From: an uncultured bacterium
GTDB lineage: Bacteria; Fidelibacterota; Marinisomatia; Marinisomatales; UBA1611
Length of the DNA stretch: 64,000 nt
Reading direction: 5' to 3'
NCBI GenBank assembly: GCA_964561495.1
Contig: CAZLPW010000005.1
Span: 434-64,433 of the forward strand
The position numbers were made by a program, and so were the translations under genes. The notes under the pieces are model-generated. The model had not been told where the DNA came from and made no database searches. It saw only the letters and a program-made list of their open reading frames with translations. Below, one piece after another: positions 1 through 7,220 of the stretch (position 1 is its first letter; every line of letters begins with the position of its first letter).

Positions 1-396
1 AAAGTTTATCCATCCAAGTATCAATAAAAAAACCCCTGCTGTAAAAGTTTTTGAACGATATGGAATATAGTTAGATGTCAATCTAACATAGCAGTGCACG
101 TAGCGGGAGATAACAAATAGCCACGCAAAAATTATATCGAGAAAATTAATCTTTCCTATAGACACAATGAGTGAAATTAATAAATAAAAAATAATTGGCA
201 ATTCAAACTGATTTTTAAGTGTTTGCCTATATATCTCTAAATATTCAGGCGCTTCTCCTTTATATAATTTTGCATAACCTTTATTAACATCTTTATTCCG
301 ATATGCTCTAACCGTTTTCCTTCTTGATTTTTCATACAAATACAATGTTAATAAAATATTAATTACTACGGGATATATAATTAATTGATTATCCAT
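1..396 (-). CDS. MAPEG-family membrane protein; the C-terminus runs off the left edge of the window
   Basis: Not in the ORF track because no stop lies in the window. The minus strand is open from ATG 396..394 down to position 1: MDNQLIIYPVVINILLTLYLYEKSRRKTVRAYRNKD...IFAWLFVISRYVHCYVRLTSNYIPYRSKTFTAGVFLLILGWINF. It shows hydrophobic helices and an R-x-x-H loop as in MAPEG/YecN-like proteins. Confidence 0.55.
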   Translation of the reverse strand, partial: MDNQLIIYPVVINILLTLYLYEKSRRKTVRAYRNKDVNKGYAKLYKGEAPEYLEIYRQTLKNQFELPIIFYLLISLIVSIGKINFLDIIFAWLFVISRYVHCYVRLTSNYIPYRSKTFTAGVFLLILGWINF

Positions 397-455
397 CTGA
401 TGAAGTTACATAATTGAATAAAATAAACAATATTCAAAACTACACATCATCTATA

Positions 456-486
456 TTTTTTGTTTGTGAGATGGTTACTAGATTTA
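456..486 (+). promoter_or_regulatory. Copy a of the recurrent 31-nt intergenic box (TTTTTTGTTTGT-N11-TAGATTTA); promoter-like, with TTTG and TAnnTTT(G/A) elements
   Basis: TTTTTTGTTTGTGAGATGGTTACTAGATTTA. It matches copy d at 27 of 31 positions and lies 72 nt upstream of the ATG at 559. Confidence 0.45.
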
Positions 487-558
487 TGCAATAAAAGGCA
501 ATATCTATTGATAATTCCTTTGGATATAAAAGATTAAAATTTTAATAAACACAATATA

Positions 559-852
559 ATGGCAAATAATTATAAAAATATTGGTCGCGATCGAATTAAT
601 GAAATATTTGAGGAAGGCTGGAACAAAATTGAGTTCATTGAAATTGTTTTTCGTGAATGGACTAAACTAAATAAAGAAGTTTTAAACAAAGAGTATACTA
701 TTCAAAAAGGTATGTCAAGACAAGATGGTGATGTAGACGAATTTTCATTATGGCTGGTTGATAATATATACTTACAGATTTTTTGTCAAGGCAGTGACAA
801 CACCATTGTAAAAGAATTCTGTATTAAACATTTTGGTTATAAGGATGTGTAG
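559..852 (+). CDS. hypothetical protein (97 aa)
   Basis: An intact ORF that abuts the next gene. I recognised no family. Confidence 0.55.
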   Translation: MANNYKNIGRDRINEIFEEGWNKIEFIEIVFREWTKLNKEVLNKEYTIQKGMSRQDGDVDEFSLWLVDNIYLQIFCQGSDNTIVKEFCIKHFGYKDV

Positions 853-854
853 AT

Positions 855-1415
855 TTGAATATACGTAGATATTTTACACTACTATTATTCTTTGGATTGA
901 CTTATGGGCAAACTTTTGACCCTATGAATGGCGAAGAGATAGAACCTCAATACGACCCTAATACTGGAAAATTGATAAAAACCTCAGTTGTAAATAATGA
1001 TGGTAAGGTTTTATTATTAGAAGAAAGAGCAATCTCTGATGCAAAGTCAATGAATCTGTCTCACTGGGTACTTTACACACCTATAGCTGGGGCAACATTT
1101 TTTAGCTATTTATTTACTACCGCAGGGGTTATGAATACTTTTTGGGAGACTGGTTTAGCTGGAAGAAGGTTCGGGAAGCACTTACTTTGGACAACTGGTG
1201 GAGCTACTAGCTTAGTTTTACCGTATCTAATATTACAGCAGAGTGAAAAAGTGATTTATCCTAATGATATCATTAGTGAATCTGAAAAGGAGATATATAA
1301 ATCTGCTTATTATAATAAATTAATTGAGCGTCGGATTCTATATTCGATTATTGGATTACCTATATCCGCTGGGATTGGTTTTTTAACACTAATATCTTTA
1401 TTTCAGGGTTTTTAA
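855..1415 (+). CDS. hypothetical secreted/membrane protein (186 aa, TTG start)
   Basis: The TTG start gives an intact signal-like N-terminus (NIRRYFTLLLFFGLTYGQ). Hydrophobic segments occur in the middle and at the C-terminus. Confidence 0.6.
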   Translation: MNIRRYFTLLLFFGLTYGQTFDPMNGEEIEPQYDPNTGKLIKTSVVNNDGKVLLLEERAISDAKSMNLSHWVLYTPIAGATFFSYLFTTAGVMNTFWETGLAGRRFGKHLLWTTGGATSLVLPYLILQQSEKVIYPNDIISESEKEIYKSAYYNKLIERRILYSIIGLPISAGIGFLTLISLFQGF

Positions 1416-1437
1416 TTCAAGAATAAGATTCGTGGGG

Positions 1438-1467
1438 TTTTTGTTTCTAGGATGATGGTTAGATTTA
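1438..1467 (+). promoter_or_regulatory. Copy b of the recurrent intergenic box
   Basis: TTTTTGTTTCTAGGATGATGGTTAGATTTA. It has the same register as the other copies: GTTTxT, then 11 nt containing ATG at positions 4-6, then TAGATTT. Confidence 0.4.
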
Positions 1468-1552
1468 CGAATGAAAGAAAAAAGAATTAACTATTTATCC
1501 TGTACATTTGATAATCCAGTCCGAGAAAATGATTTTCTTGAACTTTCATAGT

Positions 1553-1583
1553 TTTTTTGTTTGTAAAATGATAGGTAGATTTG
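1553..1583 (+). promoter_or_regulatory. Copy c of the recurrent intergenic box, 10 nt upstream of the yggT-like ATG
   Basis: TTTTTTGTTTGTAAAATGATAGGTAGATTTG. It ends in an exact TAnnTTTG. Confidence 0.45.
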
Positions 1584-1593
1584 GAAGTAATCA

Positions 1594-1851
1594 ATGAATT
1601 ATCTGCTATATAAAATAATCGATAATGCCTTCAACCTTTTACAGATAATGATAATAATAAGGGTTGTTTTGAGTTGGGTTCCCCATGACCCTTATAACCA
1701 ATTAATACAATTACTGTATCAAATCACAGATGTAATACTAAAGCCCATTAGAGAGGTTCTTCCATTACAAAGTATGGGTATTGATTTCTCTCCTGTTGTC
1801 GCATTTTTTTTACTTGGGTTTGTTAAAAAATTTTTATTAATAGCAGTATAA
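1594..1851 (+). CDS. yggT: YggT-family (Ycf19-like) small membrane protein
   Basis: 85 aa. The pattern IIRVVLSWVPHDPYN...ITDVILKPIREVLP...GIDFSPVVAFFLL matches the YggT signature (R-x-x-LSW ... P-x-R ... D-x-SP). Confidence 0.8.
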   Translation: MNYLLYKIIDNAFNLLQIMIIIRVVLSWVPHDPYNQLIQLLYQITDVILKPIREVLPLQSMGIDFSPVVAFFLLGFVKKFLLIAV

Positions 1852-1885
1852 GGATTGGAATAAAAATTATATAATTAATTTTACA

Positions 1886-1963
1886 ATGCATATTTTAGGG
1901 ATATCTTCTTTTTATCATGATAGTGCAGCATGTATTTTATAAAATGGAAAGATTATAGCGGGG
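1886..1963 (+). pseudogene. Relic of the 5' end of a NodU/CmcH-type carbamoyltransferase gene
   Basis: MHILGISSFYHDSAACIL*NGKIIAG matches the conserved carbamoyltransferase N-terminus (MxILGIS..YHDSAA.L...G.I.AA). There is an in-frame TAA at 1940-1942, and the similarity ends where box copy d begins. Confidence 0.6.
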
Positions 1964-1994
1964 TTTTTTGTTTGTGACATGGTTGTTAGATTTG
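1964..1994 (+). promoter_or_regulatory. Copy d of the recurrent intergenic box
   Basis: TTTTTTGTTTGTGACATGGTTGTTAGATTTG. It lies 67 nt upstream of the ATG at 2062. Confidence 0.45.
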
Positions 1995-2061
1995 GATGTG
2001 CTTCCTTTTATTAAAGCAATTAGATAGAAACTAAAATTGTCAAACATATATAAGAAAATAA

Positions 2062-2625
2062 ATGTCAGCATTTGAATTTGTAACAGTTTTATTCTCTGTC
2101 ATTGTAGGGCTTGCTATTTCTCACTTATTAAAAGCAGTTTCTGATCTGATAGAAATTCATTCCCGTGTAAAAACATATTGGGTTAATAATCTTTGGATAG
2201 TTACCGTATTTATTTGGGATATTTTTACCTGGTGGGGAATGTGGGAATTAAATAATCTTGAAATGTGGAAATATCCATCATTTTTTCTAATAGTAATAAA
2301 TCTAAGTGGGATATATTTAATGACAACTTTAGTCTTACCTAAGTCTACTGAATCAGGGATAGTTGATTTGGAAAAACATTATTTTTTAGTTCATCGAATT
2401 TTTTTTATTACTACTGCGTACAATTTTGCATCAATTATATTGATAAATCATTTCCTATTTTTCAAACCCTTATTTTCTCCATTTACTATTATGCCTTTTC
2501 TTCTGACAATCCTTTCAGCGCTTGGGATAATAACCAAGTCTCGCTGGTATCATGGATTTTTATCAGTTTTTACATTTATATCTCTAATTATATTTATGTC
2601 GCTCGATATAACTATAATTAGATAA
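2062..2625 (+). CDS. hypothetical polytopic membrane protein (187 aa)
   Basis: There are about six hydrophobic segments. I recognised no family. Confidence 0.6.
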   Translation: MSAFEFVTVLFSVIVGLAISHLLKAVSDLIEIHSRVKTYWVNNLWIVTVFIWDIFTWWGMWELNNLEMWKYPSFFLIVINLSGIYLMTTLVLPKSTESGIVDLEKHYFLVHRIFFITTAYNFASIILINHFLFFKPLFSPFTIMPFLLTILSALGIITKSRWYHGFLSVFTFISLIIFMSLDITIIR

Positions 2626-2742
2626 GCATTAGATTGATTGAGTGGTATAAAACAAAACTGTAATCAGATATTGGGTCAAATTTTTAAAATTTTTCAATCG
2701 AGGCTAATATAATTTTACATACTTTGGTTATAAATTTGATGA

Positions 2743-3213
2743 ATGAAAACTGCTATTTTTGTTGATGTGCAAAATATCTACTATACAACCAGAGATCAGT
2801 TTGGACGATCATTTAACTACAAATCTTTTTGGAATCAAATAGAGTCTGAAGATAAAATAATTAAAGCAACCGCTTACGCGATAGATAGAGGTGATGAGAA
2901 ACAACAAAAATTTCAGTATGCTCTAAAGACTATAGGGTTCAATATAAAACTAAAGCCCTATATATCTAGGATAGATGGTAGCACAAAGGGAGATTGGGAC
3001 GTGGGTATAACTATAGATATTTTAGATTCAGCTGAAGAAGTAGAAAAAATTATACTTCTCTCAGGCGATGGTGATTTTGATTTACTTGTCCAAAAAGTGA
3101 TAGATAAATATGGATGTATTGTAGAAATATATGGAGTAGAAAGCCTCACTGCAGACTCTCTTATAGAATCTGCATCAAAATTTTATCCAATATCAAATGA
3201 GTTTTTAGTTTAA
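2743..3213 (+). CDS. NYN-domain (LabA/DUF88-like, PIN-related) protein
   Basis: AIFVDVQNIYY ... LLSGDGDFDLLVQKV shows the typical NYN/LabA acidic motifs. Confidence 0.8.
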   Translation: MKTAIFVDVQNIYYTTRDQFGRSFNYKSFWNQIESEDKIIKATAYAIDRGDEKQQKFQYALKTIGFNIKLKPYISRIDGSTKGDWDVGITIDILDSAEEVEKIILLSGDGDFDLLVQKVIDKYGCIVEIYGVESLTADSLIESASKFYPISNEFLV

Positions 3214-3274
3214 TTGTTTTTAACCTTAATTATGATAAAATATTAATCAATTAGACAAATCTATATTCATTGAT

Positions 3275-3305
3275 GTTTTTTTTTATAAGATGATTTGTAG
3301 ATTCA
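3275..3305 (+). promoter_or_regulatory. Copy e (degenerate) of the intergenic box, ending 3 nt before the ATG at 3309
   Basis: GTTTTTTTTTATAAGATGATTTGTAGATTCA followed by GAC-ATG. Confidence 0.35.
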
Positions 3306-3308
3306 GAC

Positions 3309-4289
3309 ATGGCATGGCCCAAGAACTTTCAATGTATTCCTAATCAGAATTGGGTTGATGAACCTTTACAAAAACTAGCTAAAAAATATGATACCGTTGA
3401 AGAACATGGCTGGTATGATAATCTAAATATTACAGTATCCCAGCTTTCTAAAACATTCGGCCCTAATGATATTATCATTGATTATTCTGGTGGTACTGGG
3501 ATTTTAACCTCTAGATTAATGCGAACAATGAAAAATAATTGTCCGCAAATAATTATAGTAGACTCATCTCCAAAGTTTTTGCGACTTGCTCTTGAAAAGT
3601 TTTGTACAGATGAACGAGTTGCATTTCGTTTAATCCCATTTGATCGAAAGGAAAAACGATTGGCCACTCTAGAAGAATGTATAGATGATAGTATTTTGAA
3701 AAGAGGTGTTGATGGAATTGTATCAACGAATGCAATTCACCTATATTATGAGCTAGATAAGACTCTGCGTTCTTGGAAAGAAATCCTACGCCCCGATGGA
3801 TATTTACATGTGCAATCTGGAAACATTCGAAATCCTAACAACAAAGACTCTTGGATTATTGATGAAACTGTTGAGCACCTAAACGATGCAGCTATTCGCC
3901 TTGTAAGTTCACAAGATTCATTTATATCTCTTCGTAAATTTTTGGATAATGATGAACATATGAAAGCACATGACAAGCTCCGGAAAAAATATTTTTTACC
4001 AGTAAGAGACCTAGATTATTATACTAAGTCCCTAATAGAGACCAGATTTGAAATTAAGGATATTCAGTGTCACCCAATCAATGCAAGTGTCGATGAATGG
4101 TATGACTTTCTCTCAGTCTATCATGAGGGCGTATTAGGCTGGGTAGGCGGCGCAGAAAAAGTAAACAATCAAAAAGTTTCGTCACACTTTGTTTCACTAA
4201 GAAAGGCACTTATGCGTTTAGCTATGGAAGATATATTTAAGGGGAGTGATAGTTTCCAAGCAGCTTGGACATATATCACTGCCCAATAG
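3309..4289 (+). CDS. class I SAM-dependent methyltransferase
   Basis: Motif I is IIIDYSGGTGILTS. It is followed by the acidic post-I loop (IIVDSS) and LRPDGYL. Confidence 0.6.
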   Translation: MAWPKNFQCIPNQNWVDEPLQKLAKKYDTVEEHGWYDNLNITVSQLSKTFGPNDIIIDYSGGTGILTSRLMRTMKNNCPQIIIVDSSPKFLRLALEKFCTDERVAFRLIPFDRKEKRLATLEECIDDSILKRGVDGIVSTNAIHLYYELDKTLRSWKEILRPDGYLHVQSGNIRNPNNKDSWIIDETVEHLNDAAIRLVSSQDSFISLRKFLDNDEHMKAHDKLRKKYFLPVRDLDYYTKSLIETRFEIKDIQCHPINASVDEWYDFLSVYHEGVLGWVGGAEKVNNQKVSSHFVSLRKALMRLAMEDIFKGSDSFQAAWTYITAQ

Positions 4290-4326
4290 TTTAGTACTCT
4301 TAATAATCCAAAAAAGTAAATAAAAA

Positions 4327-5160
4327 ATGACTATAGATAATTTGTCTTTTCAGATTAACGATAAAATCCAATTAAATACAAAGCTATGGTCGCCTAAAAA
4401 AAATATAAAAGCAGTAATTATTATCGTCCATGGTCTTGCAGAACATATTGGTCGTTACAACCATGTTGGTGATTTCTTTTCTTCATCTGGATATGCTGTT
4501 GAAGGCTATGACCTAAGGGGGCACGGAAATTCCGATGGGAAAAAAGTATACATGGATTCAATATTTGAACATGTATCCGATCTAAAAAAATTTGTGGCTC
4601 ATATAAAAATTAAATACCCTGAAAAAAAAGTGTTCATCCTAGGTCATAGTATGGGCGGTGAAATAGCTTGTCTTTTTTCGATAAAATATCAGACTGAAAT
4701 TTCAGGTTTAGTCCTAAGCGGTGCTGTAATTAAAATAAGTGATGATATCTCGCCACTGCTCCAAAAGCTATCTGGATTTATAGCAGCTATTTTACCAAGT
4801 CTTCCTACAACAAAGATTGATAGTAGTGGCATATCCCAGGATAAAAAAATAGTTGAATTATATAATAATGACCCTCTTGTATATAGAGGAGGAACCCTAG
4901 CACGAACTGGTTCAGAAATTATAAACGGAACAAAACATATAAACAAAAATATGAAACAAATTATAAGTCCAATACTAATATTGCATGGCACATCAGACCG
5001 TTTAGCAGATCCAAAAGGAAGCTCTAAATTATATGATGGTATTTCATCTGATGATAAAACAATAAAGCTCTATGAAAATTACTATCACGAAATTCTTAAT
5101 GAGCCTGATAAAGAAAAAGTAATGCATGATATTCTGGAGTGGATTACCAAAAGATGTTAG
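4327..5160 (+). CDS. alpha/beta hydrolase, lysophospholipase/monoacylglycerol-lipase family
   Basis: VHGLAEHIGRY, the nucleophile elbow GHSMGG, and the C-terminal HG.SD...YHE triad context. Confidence 0.8.
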   Translation: MTIDNLSFQINDKIQLNTKLWSPKKNIKAVIIIVHGLAEHIGRYNHVGDFFSSSGYAVEGYDLRGHGNSDGKKVYMDSIFEHVSDLKKFVAHIKIKYPEKKVFILGHSMGGEIACLFSIKYQTEISGLVLSGAVIKISDDISPLLQKLSGFIAAILPSLPTTKIDSSGISQDKKIVELYNNDPLVYRGGTLARTGSEIINGTKHINKNMKQIISPILILHGTSDRLADPKGSSKLYDGISSDDKTIKLYENYYHEILNEPDKEKVMHDILEWITKRC

Positions 5161-5249
5161 AAAAATTATGTTATTAGATTCAGGTTTTTTAGTCTGTTTT
5201 AGATTAAATATTTGCTACCTAATTTTTTATTAAAATATTTTTATTTTAA

Positions 5250-6728
5250 ATGAGAAAAAAATATATACTAGCATTAGACCAAGGTACTACAAGCTCTAGA
5301 GCAATTATTTTTGATAAAACAGGTACAATAAAATCCACAGCACAAAAAGAATTTCAGCAAATTTTTCCTCGTTCTGGTTGGGTAGAACATGATCCATTAG
5401 AAATATGGTCATCTCAATTAAAAGTCATGAATGACTGCCTAGTAGGGATTGATAAGAATGAGGTTGCTGCAATTGGTATTACTAACCAACGGGAGACTAC
5501 TGTAGTTTGGGATAGGGCTACTGGTAAACCAGTTTACAATGCTATTGTTTGGCAAGATCGACGTACTGCAAATACAACAGATCGATTAAAGAAAGATGGG
5601 AAGGAAAGCCTTTTTCAAAAAAAGACGGGTTTAATTTTGGACCCTTATTTCTCAGGAACAAAAATTAATTGGATTCTTGAAAATGTCAAAGGACTTCGGA
5701 AAAAGGCTGAAAAAGGTGTACTTGCTTTTGGTACAATTGATTCCTGGCTAGTTTGGAATCTAACTAAAGGAAAACACCACATTACTGATGTAACTAATGC
5801 ATCTAGGACCTTATTGTATAATATCCATAAAATGGAATGGGATAAGGAATTGCTAAATATCCTTAGTATACCAAATAAGATGCTCCCAAAAGTTTACCCA
5901 AGCAGTTTAATCTATGGTAAAACCTCTAAAGATGTAATCGGATCTGAAATATTAATCAGTGGTATCGCAGGCGATCAACAGGCTGCACTTTTTGGGCAGA
6001 ACTGTATTAAACCTGGAATGGTAAAAAACACATACGGAACTGGTTGCTTTATGCTAATGAATACTGGTAAAAATCCAGTAAAATCAAGTCAAACCCTGCT
6101 CACGACAATTGCCTGGCAAATAGGCAACAAAGTAGAATACGCTTTAGAAGGAAGCGTCTTTATTGGTGGTGCAGTTGTCCAATGGCTTAGGGATGGCTTA
6201 GGTATTATAAAATCATCTGAAGAAATTGAAAAAATTGCTTCAAAAGTAGATAATGCAGGAGGGGTCTATTTTGTTCCAGCTTTCTCAGGTCTTGGAGCTC
6301 CACATTGGAACCCTCATGCTAAGGGAACGATAGTAGGTCTGACTCGGGGCACTACTAGTGAGCATCTAGCCCGCGCAGCTTTAGAAGCTATCGCATATCA
6401 AAGCCTTGATCTAATTAAAGCAATGGAATTGGATTCCAATATCAAACTAAAGCAATTGCGGGTAGATGGTGGTGCCTCAGTGAACAATCTTCTAATGCAA
6501 TTTCAGGCAGATTTAGTTAGGGTTCCAATTATACGACCAAAGATAACAGAAACAACAGCACTTGGTGCTGCATATCTCGCAGGTCTGGCAGTTGGTTTTT
6601 GGAAAAATCAATCTGATATATCTAAACAGTGGAGATCAGAAAAACAATTTGACTATAAAAAATCTGAAAATAAAATTAAAACGCTGCACCAAGGCTGGCT
6701 AAAGGCAGTAGAAAAATCTAATGTATAA
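5250..6728 (+). CDS. glpK: glycerol kinase
   Basis: [31 protein letters not shown] and the FGGY C-terminal motifs. The protein is full length at 492 aa. Confidence 0.97.
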   Translation: MRKKYILALDQGTTSSRAIIFDKTGTIKSTAQKEFQQIFPRSGWVEHDPLEIWSSQLKVMNDCLVGIDKNEVAAIGITNQRETTVVWDRATGKPVYNAIVWQDRRTANTTDRLKKDGKESLFQKKTGLILDPYFSGTKINWILENVKGLRKKAEKGVLAFGTIDSWLVWNLTKGKHHITDVTNASRTLLYNIHKMEWDKELLNILSIPNKMLPKVYPSSLIYGKTSKDVIGSEILISGIAGDQQAALFGQNCIKPGMVKNTYGTGCFMLMNTGKNPVKSSQTLLTTIAWQIGNKVEYALEGSVFIGGAVVQWLRDGLGIIKSSEEIEKIASKVDNAGGVYFVPAFSGLGAPHWNPHAKGTIVGLTRGTTSEHLARAALEAIAYQSLDLIKAMELDSNIKLKQLRVDGGASVNNLLMQFQADLVRVPIIRPKITETTALGAAYLAGLAVGFWKNQSDISKQWRSEKQFDYKKSENKIKTLHQGWLKAVEKSNV

Positions 6729-6766
6729 TTGATAAATTTATAATTTACAATAAATTAAAATAACAA

Positions 6767-7141
6767 ATGAAAACTTACTTAATAATTGGTGCCTCTCTTG
6801 CAGGCCTAGCAGTGTTAATTGGTGCCTTTGGTGCTCATGGTTTAAAAGCCAGAGTATCATCTGAAGATCTAGGTGTTTTTGAAACTGCTACTCGATACCA
6901 TATGTATCACTCTTTGGGTATTATTTTGATAAGTATTCTTGGGATCACAAAAAATTTTCCAGATGACATTCTATTGATGCCAGCGTACCTTATGATCGCT
7001 GGTGTTATAATTTTTTCTGGTTCTCTTTATATTTTGGTTTTAACAAATATACGCTGGCTAGGAGCGATTACGCCTTTTGGAGGTGGTCTATTGATATTTA
7101 GTTGGTTCCTCTTGGCTTTTAATATCTACCGCTCTCTGTAA
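6767..7141 (+). CDS. DUF423 (YgdD-like) membrane protein
   Basis: 124 aa with four TM segments. GAFGAHGLK ... ATRYHMYHSL is the DUF423 signature. Confidence 0.8.
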   Translation: MKTYLIIGASLAGLAVLIGAFGAHGLKARVSSEDLGVFETATRYHMYHSLGIILISILGITKNFPDDILLMPAYLMIAGVIIFSGSLYILVLTNIRWLGAITPFGGGLLIFSWFLLAFNIYRSL

Positions 7142-7163
7142 TAAATGATAATTATTAAAATAA

Positions 7164-7205
7164 AAAGCCCTTTATAAGAATATTATAAAGGGCTTTTTAT
7201 TTTTT
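7164..7205. terminator. Bidirectional rho-independent terminator between convergent genes
   Basis: A perfect 14-bp stem pairs AAAGCCCTTTATAA (7164-7177) with TTATAAAGGGCTTT (7183-7196) around a 5-nt loop. It is flanked by an A-run upstream and a T-run downstream. Confidence 0.85.
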
Positions 7206-7220
7206 GTTTTGATACTTAGC

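Noticed and set aside
1996-2034. A 12-codon ORF (MCFLLLKQLDRN) and the 2-codon ATG-CAA-TAA at 486-494, both immediately after box copies.
   Set aside because: They are too short and not parallel between copies. They are most likely accidental ATGs downstream of the TAGATTT element.
456-3305. I asked whether the repeated 31-nt boxes form a CRISPR array or an integron attC cassette array.
   Set aside because: The spacing is irregular, from 85 to about 1300 bp, and the intervals hold ordinary genes with their own starts. The box has no internal inverted-repeat (R/L core) structure, and no cas or integrase gene lies in the window. A promoter-like element or recombination hot spot fits better.
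2958-3976. Track ORFs on the minus strand at 2958..3149, 3482..3667, 3553..3735 and 3746..3976.
   Set aside because: They lie antisense inside the well-supported NYN and methyltransferase genes. Their composition is low-complexity and biased, as expected for shadow ORFs.
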